A stretch of 8,113 bases of DNA from Azolla caroliniana (GCA_043228905.1 JBHGNT010001459.1:1-8113), one strand, 5' to 3'; positions 1 to 8,113 are shown, counted from the stretch's first letter. The notes: generated by a model from the letters alone, not told the origin. Translations and numbers: made by a program.

Positions 1-1
1 A

Positions 2-6
2 ATATA
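2..6. repeat. Target-site duplication, left copy (ATATA)
   Basis: ATATA lies immediately before the TG of the 5' LTR and matches 5844-5848. Confidence 0.9.
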
Positions 7-222
7 TGTTGAGAGACAAGCTTAACATTCGGTGCGTAGTCGGGTGCGTAACCCAGTGTGTAAACTGCGTAAAACCGGGTGCACAATAGACTGTAGCGGT
101 GTGCAAACCGCGAGGCCGTTGGAAAGATATTCCGCATAGGAATATATTTTGGGAGTTAGTGTAGAGCTCAGTTCTAACCATTGAAGTACGTGTCAGTACT
201 TATGTTAGTCCGTATGGACTTG

Positions 223-229
223 TATAAAA
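223..229 (+). promoter_or_regulatory. Putative TATA box of the 5' LTR promoter
   Basis: TATAAAA in mid-LTR, conserved in the 3' LTR at 5651-5657 and upstream of the CT-rich tract. Confidence 0.6.
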
Positions 230-294
230 GTGCTCACTGAGCACATTCTATGTACAGATTGAGTATTATTTTTTGAAATATAGTGGTGTGTTTG

Positions 295-451
<157 letters not shown>

Positions 452-555
452 TCACCATCTCCATCTCTGTATTTTCTGCGTTTACTGAACTGTCTTATTT
501 CCAAACTATTACTCTGTGTTTACGCACACGCTTCCGCACACATATTCCTTTCACA

Positions 556-567
556 TGGTATCAGAGC
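556..567 (+). other. Primer-binding site complementary to the 3' end of initiator tRNA-Met
   Basis: TGGTATCAGAGC directly abuts the LTR end and is the canonical plant LTR-retrotransposon PBS. Confidence 0.95.
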
Positions 568-655
568 GTGAGGGTTGAAGTCCTCTGCAGCCGACAAGAA
601 AAGCTTGCGACAAAACAGAGTTGAAGTTGTTTTCGGAAAAGAAAAAGACAACAAT

Positions 656-1488
656 ATGGACAGAGGAATGGGAAGCTCGCTACCGACTGAAAAGCTCGAC
701 AGGAGCAACTATGCATCTTGGTTGTACAAGATGCACCAGTACCTACTCGGTCACGGCTACTGGAGTTATGTCGAAGGAGCTAATGATGTAGTACCCGATT
801 CGACACACAAGGACTTCCCAGCTTGGGAACAGGCGGCAAGTAGAGTTCTCTATTGTTTTGCATCCTGTGTGAGTGACCAACTATTGATCTATATTCGGGA
901 TGCTAAGACACCAAAGGACACATGGGTGAATCTCAAAAAGATTTTTGCCGCAAGCACAATGGCCAGGAAGCTGCAGCTCAGACAGGAGCTCAGCAATGTC
1001 CGATAGAAAGATCTATCTATGGCCGACTATACGGCCCGAATCAAGGAAATCTGCGACTCTCTCACCTCCGTCAACGTGAACGTCGAGGAGGAAGAAATGG
1101 TGTAGGTTTATCTGGGTGGGCTAGCGTCAAAGTTCGGAGCGTTCCGAACAGCAGTATGTACGAGGGAGAATACGCCTTCATTCTTCGAGCTTCATTCAAT
1201 GCTGCTTGTGGAGGAAAACCACGCGGGTGTGTCGACGAATACGCACGTCCATGGCAAGATGTTGTACAGGAGGAAGATAGTCCCCATGGTCATGGTGGAC
1301 GAGGTGGATCGGCGCGCAATGGAGGCGGTCGACAAGAGCAGAACAGGCGGCATAATCGAAATGCTGACAACAGTTCCGGACCCTTCACAAGCAGGGGGAG
1401 TCATGGCGGCGCCGGAAGCCGGCAAGAGAAGGACGTGTCGGAATGCTGGTACTGTGGCAAGAAAGGCCACAAGGAGAGCGAGTGCTGG
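656..1488 (+). pseudogene. gag: Gag region with CCHC zinc knuckle
   Basis: KLDRSNYASW...YLLGHGYWSYVEG N-terminus; copia gag core KLQLRQEL...SMADYTARIKEICDSL; Gly/Arg-rich linker; CWYCGKKGHKESEC (CX2CX4HX4C) at 1444-1485. Confidence 0.92.
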
Positions 1489-1659
1489 AAGAAACAAGCC
1501 GATTCAGACAAAGCTGGATCGAGCAGAAGAGACACGGGAAGACGTCAAAAGTCGCACTACGCTGAGAGCTTCGAACGAGCCGGAAATGGATTGGGCCCCG
1601 CCTTCGTAATGAAGCATAAGCCCAATTCGATGGCTGTGAACACCTCGAAATCGAGCGAG

Positions 1660-1995
1660 GTGTGGTATGTTGATTCCAGAGCGTCAAATCATATGACGAG
1701 TCACGAGGAATGGTTCTCATACTTGGAGAAACCGGAATTGCAAGGAGTGGTCGAAACCGGAGATGACACTCCGGATACCATCGAATATGTCGGTGAAGTT
1801 CCCCTTAGCCACGTTGGGCAGAAAGGGAAACTCATGAACGTGTTGCATGTCCCGAAAATAATCAAGAATCTTGTGTCGGTCAGACACATCGTCGACCAAG
1901 GTATGCAAGTTCGATTCACGCATCTCGGCTGCTTCATAGAAGAGGAAGGCAAAGTAATTGTGCAAGGGTGCCGTGAATGAAGGATGTTTATCCTC
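1660..1995 (+). pseudogene. Aspartic protease domain (active-site DSG mutated to DSR)
   Basis: VWYVDSRASNHMT matches the copia WxxDSGASxHMT motif; NVLHVPKIIKNLVSV follows downstream. End boundary is approximate. Confidence 0.9.
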
Positions 1996-2058
1996 GACAC
2001 TAATCAAGCCGGAACTGCGTTGTACGCGAAGGTACAAAAGGTCTAATCAGATATCGAC

Positions 2059-2874
2059 CTGTGGCACAAGCGGTTCGGCCATGTAAATTTCCCACGGCTT
2101 CATGAGTTGCAGACGAAGAACATTGTTTTCGGCTTGCCAAAATTTCGGGGCCGGAATGGCCAAGTCTGCGAAGCCTGTGAGATGGGAAAACAACACTGAC
2201 TTCCATTCCCCAACGAGCGAAATCATAGTCAAAATCCGCTGGATTTGATCCATTCAGATTTGTGGGGATCGGCACAACTTCACTCGGCACACATGGGTAT
2301 GCTCGATTGCGAAGAAGAGCGAAGTCTTCGCATGTTCCCTAAAGGTGAAGAGCCTTGAGGAAAGGGAAACAGGGCATAAGATCAAATGCCTACGGTCCGA
2401 TGGCGGGAAGGAGTACTTCTCCGACCACTTCACGAGTTATCTACAGAAGGAGGGAATTCGGCGTGAATTCTCGTGTAGATATACGCCGGAGGAAAACGGC
2501 GTAGCCGAAAGGAAGAATCGGACAATCGAAGAAGCGGCTAGGGCAATGATTGAAGAGAAGCATACGCCGAAATTTTATTGGGCTAAGGCCGTGAAGACGG
2601 CTGTCTACTTGCAGAATTGACTTCTGCTAATAGAGGAGTGTCGCCAGCTGAGCTGTATTTCGGGAAGAAGCCGAACTTGGCACACTTGAGGATATTTTGC
2701 CGCATCACATATGTACACGTGCCGAAGGAAAAGAGGAGGAAGTTGGACACCAAAGCCGACAAGTGTATCTTGGTCAGCTATTCAGACGAGCAGAAGGGGT
2801 ATAAGTGTTATAACCCCCGAACAAAGGAAGTACGCATAAGTTGAGACGGTGTATTCGATGAGTCCGCTTCGTGG
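2059..2874 (+). pseudogene. Copia integrase (HHCC zinc finger, DDE core, GKGY region)
   Basis: LWHKRFGH...CEAC; IHSDLWG; LRSDGGKEY; YTPEENGVAERKNRT; QKGYKCY; S*DGVFDE. Confidence 0.93.
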
Positions 2875-3420
2875 TACTTGCCCTCACCTCCAATTCCTCA
2901 TAACTCCATTCCGAATTCTGAGGACGAAGTTAGCGAGGCCGAAATGCCTCTGCATGATGAAGAAATCGGAGCTCTGAGAGAGAGTCCGATCTCATTTCGG
3001 CTAAGTGAGCCGAATGAGGGGTTGGGCCGAAATGGCCCACCTATTGAAGAGATGGTGAGTAGTGAAGACTCAGTCGTGGTGTCCCCGCGTAAAGAACCGA
3101 GGAGATGGTTTACGCACAAAAGAGAAGGGCAAGAATAAAATGCTGGAGTACGATTCCGGCAGTGCCGAGTCAGATCGAAGCGAGTCTGACTACGGGCCAA
3201 TTGAGAAGGAACCTCCAAGGAAGAGGTCGGAATCAATCGGAAAGGTCGTGAAATCAGGTAATCACGAATTACGCCGATGTACCCGCCAGAAGAACCCCGT
3301 GAAAAGATACGGATATAATGAGTACATGGCGCATCATTACGTGTACATGATGCGAGTGGCGGAAATGCGTGAGCCGGAGAGCTACGTAGAAGCGGCGAAA
3401 TACGCAAACTGGCGTGCTGC

Positions 3421-4203
3421 TGGGACCTGGTTGACGCACCGACGAGTGTAAAGCCGATCGGATGTAGGTGGGCGTACAAGGTCAAGTACAACACCGGTGG
3501 CTCTGTCAACCGCTATAAGGCCCGATTGGTTGGGAATAGCCACGTGCAGAAGCACGACGTAGATTATGACGAGACCTTCGCACCTGTCGTGAAGATGACT
3601 ACCGTGCGAGTTCTGCTAGCCGTAGTTGCGGCAAAGGGGTGGCACTTACATCAGATGGATGTAAAGAATGCGTTCTTGCAAGGTGATCTTGAGGAACAGG
3701 TGTACATGGTACAACCCCGCGGATTTCTATCCGAACAGAACACTTCGGCAGTTTGCCGACTGAAGAAGTCACTCTACGAACTTAAGCAAGCCCCGCAAGC
3801 CTGGAACGTGAAGATTACGCAACAGTTGCGTAGGATGGGGTTTACAACGTCAAAATCAGACTCGTCACTGTTTGTTCGGCAAGGTCAACATGGCCCAGTA
3901 AGTCTTCTATTGTATGTTGATGATTTAGTCATCGCCGGTGCCGTCCTAAACGAAATCCGTCGTGTAAAGTCTCAACTTGTGGCATCATTCGAAATGAAGG
4001 ACCTTGGAGACCTTCATTACTTCCTCGGGATCGAAGTGATCCACAAACCTGGAGGCATATTGATCAGCCAACGTCATTACGTGTTGAATATGCTCTTCAA
4101 GTTCGGGATGGCAGACTATAAGTTCATCTCGACCCCTCTGAATAGGAACGTAAAGCTTCGCCCAAATTCGGGAAAAGTGTGCGACCCGACACGGTCCCGA
4201 TAG
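3421..4203 (+). pseudogene. Copia reverse transcriptase (RVT_2 type)
   Basis: WDLV...KPIGCRWAYKVK...RYKARLV; DYDETFAPV; HQMDVKNAFLQGDL; LLYVDDL (YVDD at 3913-3924); FEMKDLGDLHYFLGIEV. Confidence 0.96.
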
Positions 4204-4386
4204 ATTGTCGGAAGCCTTATCTATTTGACGATTACTCGGCGGGATCTTAGCTGCCTGATCGACTTAATCAGTCACTTTATGTCGTAGCCTATGGCCGAAC
4301 ACTTTCAGTGCGTGCAAAGGATATTGCGATATGTAAGCGACACGAAAGATATGGCGTTGCTATATCGAGTAGGCGTAGCCGAACAT

Positions 4387-4845
4387 TTAGTTGGCTACAC
4401 GAATGCCGATTGGGCTAGAAACGCCCACGATCGTAAATCCACATCTGGATACGCATTCTCTCTAGGAAGTGCGGAGATCGCATGGAGCAGTAAGAAGCAA
4501 TCGACAGTAGCACTGTCGAGCACGGAGGCCGAGTATCGAGGGACGACTGTCACTACGTGCGAAGTCATTTGGCTGAAACGGCGATTACGGGATCTGCATG
4601 TAGAGGTGTCCGATCCGACGATGATCTATTGCGATAACCTCAACAGTATCCACCTTGCGAAAAACCCCGTATTCCACGCTCGGACCAAGCACATTGAGGT
4701 GCATCACCATTTTGTCTGCGAGCGGGTCCTTTAAGGTGAAGTCGAACTAGTGCATGTTCCGACTCATCGGCAAGTTGCCAACATCTTCACCAAGCCTCTT
4801 GGTCTCGACAAGTTACGGCATTTCTCGGGTGAGCTTGGGTTGCGT
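4387..4845 (+). pseudogene. Copia RNase H
   Basis: LVGYTNADWA (D to N)...DRKSTSGY...WSSKKQSTVALSSTEAEY...IYCDN...NPVFHARTKHIEVHHHF...QVANIFTKPL (D to N). Confidence 0.95.
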
Positions 4846-5421
4846 CACCTCGACACGCCGAACTTGAAGGGGAGAAAGGAAGACGAACAAGAACAAGAGC
4901 GTGAAAGGAGCGGAGGTGGTCATCACAGCGGAAGTGACCGTGACGCGGAATCAGATGAAGAATTCGATTTAGGGCCGGCTAAAGAAGCCGAAGAAAAGAG
5001 CAAGGGCCATAACCCTAGGGAAGAGCCGAGGATAGCCGAATCAGTGGGAGATGCAGCCGAGAAGGGCGTAAAGGCCAAGACCAAGATGTGGTCTGATGTA
5101 GTCAAAGGCCTAAAGACAGGAGACGAATTGGAGACAGCCAACTCATATGAAAGCGGAATTGAATCAGAAACGTTCGATTCAATCGAAATGCTCGATTAGG
5201 TTATTACGAATCGATTGAGGGCCATGCGGAGAAAAGGGTAGTGAAGGACGCACCAACACCGTGACAGCAAGGGAGTTGAGAAGGGCCGCACGAGCAAACA
5301 CGCCGACCAGAAGGGTCGAAGCGTGCGGAATCGAATGGGTCGAGGAGCGCGAGCGAGGCACGAAGCCAGAAGGAACTGGAGCGTAGATCCAGAAGAGCGG
5401 ACGGAACCTCAAGTTGAGCTT

Positions 5422-5430
5422 GAGGGGGAG
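5422..5430 (+). other. Polypurine tract of the copia element
   Basis: GAGGGGGAG immediately 5' of the 3' LTR. Confidence 0.92.
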
Positions 5431-5843
5431 TGTTGAGAGACAAGCTCAACATTCGGTGCGTAATCGAGTGCGTAACCCAGTGCGTAAACTAGATGCGTAA
5501 AACCGTGGGCACAATAGGCCGTAGCGGTGCGTAAACTGCGAGGCCGTTGGAAAGATATTCCGCGTAGGAATATATTTTGGGAGTTAGTGTAGAGCTCAGT
5601 TATGAGCATTGAAGTACGTGTAAGTACTTATGTCAGTCCGTATGGACTTGTATAAAAGTGCTCACTGAGCACATTCTATGTACAGATTGAGTATTATTTT
5701 TTGAAATATAGTGGTGTGTTTGCTCTCTCTCTCTCTTCCTCACCATCTCCATCTCTGTGTTTTCTGCGTTTACTGAACTGTCTTATTTCCGAACTATTAC
5801 TCTGTGTTTACGCACACGCTTCCGCACACATATTCCTTTCACA
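5431..5843 (+). repeat. 3' LTR of the copia element (413 bp)
   Basis: Direct repeat of 7-555, preceded by the PPT and followed by ATATA. Confidence 0.97.
5723..5736. repeat. (CT)7 in the 3' LTR, homologous to 295-448
   Basis: Has the same flanks (GTGTTTG and TCCTCACC) as the long tract. Confidence 0.95.
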
Positions 5844-5848
5844 ATATA
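5844..5848. repeat. Target-site duplication, right copy (ATATA)
   Basis: ATATA lies immediately after the CA of the 3' LTR; 5 bp is the usual copia TSD length. Confidence 0.9.
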
Positions 5849-6107
5849 TTAATCAACCCTTATAAAAAAATCAACAAGAATATATATCTTTCTCTCTTCC
5901 TTATATAGTGATGGAAGAGTCTAAGTTTACCACATGCAAGCATCATGCCTTTTCTAGCTTTAGTTTTCATGCACACTACATGTGCATGATTAGGTTTCTA
6001 TCACATCTTTTCATTTAACTCGAGTGCGTATGCATGAAAAACTTTTTCTATCATGCTTATCTAGAATATTTACATGGGATAAAGTTTAGTATAAGTTTAA
6101 AACTCAT

Positions 6108-6178
6108 AATATGCTAGTACAATGGTAAGGCTTAAAATCGTTAACATGGAGGTATAGGGTTCAAATCCTACCCTATGC
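6108..6178 (+). other. tRNA-like remnant (degenerate tRNA-derived SINE head or tRNA pseudogene)
   Basis: A-box-like TAGTACAATGG at 6115-6125 and B-box GGTTCAAATCC at 6158-6168 with tRNA-like spacing. The acceptor and anticodon stems do not pair. Confidence 0.5.
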
Positions 6179-6193
6179 ATGTAACATAATTAT

Positions 6194-6278
6194 TGTAGTA
6201 TTTTCTCCTATTTCTTTATACTTAGTCAATCGGGTACTCCACACATATTTTATGTAGGGTACAAAGTACACTACTGCA
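6194..6278 (-). repeat. Candidate short 3' LTR of the gypsy element (~85 bp)
   Basis: Minus strand starts TGCAGTA after the PPT and reaches TACTACA (6/7 inverted match), with an internal TATAAA. The partner LTR is outside the window, so the end is unverified. Confidence 0.45.
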
Positions 6279-6290
6279 CTCACCCCCTCC
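6279..6290 (-). other. Putative polypurine tract of the gypsy element
   Basis: Minus-strand GGAGGGGGTGAG lies about 60 bp after the pol frame ends and is followed directly by TG. Confidence 0.7.
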
Positions 6291-6348
6291 GAACCTGCAC
6301 ATCCTCCGGTATGTGCCAAAGTTTCTGGAACTTGCTTATTACTCTTCT

Positions 6349-8111
6349 TCATCTGAAGCACCCTTTGTGTTCCCCTATGTCGATTATTAAATCCAACTCA
6401 CTTTCCTCGCTTTCTACACCACCGTGATCTTTGTCCAATTGCTCCTCGCTAACGGTCTTGTCTAAGGTGACGCAGGGTTCGTGTTCAGTTCGCTTCTTGA
6501 AAATCTTCACCCGTTTCCCCGCTATAGGCACCCGTAGTGACGTTCCATCGAACTCACTTAGTTGGTTTGTTCCGTTGTCAAGAACTTTTCAAACTTCTTA
6601 TGGTCCGAACCACCTTTTAGCGAATTTCTAGATCGTTGTGTGTTATGATCCAAACTACTATCATAGACTATCACCCAATCTCCTTCTTCAATCTTCCATT
6701 GTCATAGACGGTGCTTCGTGTCGAATCGCCTTTTGTTCTAGAACCGTGCTTGTTGTCGGCTTATTGCTTCCCCTATGTCTTCCGGTCTTCTCTCTAGTTG
6801 TCGTATCCGAACCACTAATATTTCTTCCTGGCTCATCTCTTCCTTCCACAACAACATTGTCCATGTCGCAATTGCGGTTTCCGCCGGCATTACCGATGGT
6901 TGGCCGGTCATAAGTTCCGCTGGCATATAATCGGTCAGGGAACTATGCGTTGTGCAATCTGCCCATAGTGCATACGGAAGCATCTGCGGCCAATTCTTCA
7001 CCCTTCCGTTGCATGCTTTTGCAAGTGCTTCAACGATTGGACTATGTCCTCGTTCGATCTTCCCGTTGGTTTTCGGATTGTATGCCATGGTTAATGTTAA
7101 CTCTACTTCATGTTTGGTGAAGAATTCCCTAGCTTTATCAAAGTCAAGTTCTCCCCGATCCACAATCACTTGTCCTATGCACCTGTACCTACAGAACACT
7201 TCTTCCAAGAGAATTTGGCATACTGCAGAACATGTCTTCCTCCGTAGCGCCCGACCTTCTACTTGGTTCGTTAGATCTTCCCGAGCTAATACCAAGTACT
7301 TCTTTTGTCCGATCCCGGTTGGCATGGCCACAATGTCAACCATCCATTTGAAGTTGATGGTCGGTGAGAATGCCGGATGTAATTCATCTTGGTGTCGAAC
7401 TCCGGCGTAGATTTGGCATTTATCACAGCTTCCCGTGAACTCCGCTACATCTTTGTACATATTCTTCCACCAATACTTATGCTTGATCTTCGCAAATGTT
7501 GCCCATGTTCTCCAATATCCAGCCCAATCGGATTTGTGAAATTCAGATATTATTCGATTTTGTTGCTCTTTTGTTCCGACTACCCGTAGTGGTATGCCAT
7601 CTGGTCTTTTCGGTTCCATCCAGATTAATCCATTGTTCAAGAAAAACTTCCGAACTTGCCACTTCTTACTTCGGATCTCAGCTCTTTTTTCCATATTGTC
7701 TGATGATTCCTTGATTTCTTGTAGCACCGTCCCGATCATTAGGCTTTCTCCCTTGTATTCGACATTTGTGCTCTGATGTAAAGTAATTTTCGGAAACTTC
7801 TTCATTATCAGATTCAGCTATTTCGTCTCTGAATCCGCTACCGTGTTGTCTTTTCCGGAGATGTGTCGTACCTCCGGATGAAGCGACTTTACATATGCAA
7901 TCCATCTTAGCATAGCCATATTCGGTATCGTACAACACCGCATCATCCCGAGTGTTGGAAGACAATCCGTTTCGATCACTACTTCGGCTCCGATCAAACA
8001 ATCTAGATTTGATTTTATCGCTGACACAACTCCCCATAATTCTCTTTTAACTTCTCCATATCCGTGTTCCCTTTCGTTGAGAACTTTTGCTCCGAATCAG
8101 ATCGGATATCG
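6349..8111 (-). pseudogene. pol: Gypsy pol pseudogene: RNase H, integrase, GPY/F module; no chromodomain evident
   Basis: RNase H: RYPI*FGAKVLNEREHGYGEVKRELWGV...IETDCLP...RWIAYV...HISGKDNTVAD. Integrase (ORF 6738-7805): FHKSDWAGY...YWWKNMYKDV...CDKCQ, WMVDI, IVDRGE, YNPKTNGKIERGH. C-terminus: GDWVIVY...KFAKRWFGP*...RVKIF. Several stops and frameshifts. Confidence 0.92.
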
Positions 8112-8113
8112 TG

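Larger units (their letters stand above)
656..5199 (+). pseudogene. gag-pol: Copia gag-pol polyprotein pseudogene; the ancestral frame may have run to 5436
   Basis: ATG at 656 (MDRGMGSSLPTEKLDRSNYASW). In-frame stops at 1004, 1103, 1978, 2044, 2197, 2842, 4201, 4285 and 4732; frameshifts near 1268, 2618 and 3120; deletions near 2278 and 3420. All copia domains are recognisable. Confidence 0.93.
6194..8113 (-). mobile_element. Degenerate Ty3/gypsy LTR retrotransposon, 3' portion (continues beyond the window)
   Basis: The minus strand shows RNase H followed by integrase (gypsy order), a GPY/F module and a PPT followed by TG. The left boundary is tentative. Confidence 0.9.

Noticed and set aside
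575-655. N-terminal extension of ORF 575-1006 from a TTG start
   Set aside because: It is leader sequence between the PBS and gag; the plausible start is ATG 656 or the next in-frame ATG.
1255-1275. Possible programmed gag/pol frameshift
   Set aside because: It falls inside gag before the zinc knuckle with no slippery heptamer, and is best explained as a 1-nt deletion in a decayed copy.
1192-3509. Minus-strand ORFs over the copia internal region, including 203 aa at 2898-3509
   Set aside because: They are antisense shadows of gag-pol with no recognisable domains.
4750-5436. env-like gene in the 3' region
   Set aside because: No hydrophobic or transmembrane segment is present in the sense frame, it is in frame with pol rather than a separate ORF, and no SIRE-type features are apparent.
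5455-5537. CRISPR-like repeat-spacer array
   Set aside because: Repeats are 7 bp with 5-6 bp spacers inside a eukaryotic LTR, and there are no cas genes.
4923-5609. Antisense ORFs in the copia 3' region and LTR
   Set aside because: They are short, Ser/Pro/Leu-rich mirrors of a purine-rich sense strand with no independent support.
6108-6178. Functional tRNA gene
   Set aside because: Acceptor and anticodon stems do not pair and the T-stem has only about 3 pairs, so it is kept only as a tRNA-like remnant.
6431-7776. Plus-strand ORFs over the gypsy region
   Set aside because: They are antisense shadows of the minus-strand integrase.

Overview
This is eukaryotic, most likely plant, repeat DNA with no intact host gene. 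Positions 7-5843 (+) are a complete but decayed Ty1/copia LTR retrotransposon. It has TG...CA LTRs (7-555 and 5431-5843), an ATATA target-site duplication, a tRNA-iMet PBS, a PPT and a gag-PR-IN-RT-RNase H pseudogene broken by stops, frameshifts and two internal deletions. A ~345 bp AT-rich spacer follows and contains a tRNA-like A-box/B-box remnant. The 3' part of a decayed Ty3/gypsy element then lies on the minus strand (RNase H, integrase, GPY/F module, PPT, possibly a very short LTR) and is cut by the window end. I see no clearly new biological system. The best second-look items are: (1) a ~186-codon acidic-then-basic extension of the copia pol frame lying between two near-identical PPT-like sequences; (2) a (CT)n tract of 154 bp in one LTR versus 14 bp in the other; and (3) LTR-LTR divergence confined almost entirely to the 5' half of the LTR. 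All alignments and translations were done by eye.
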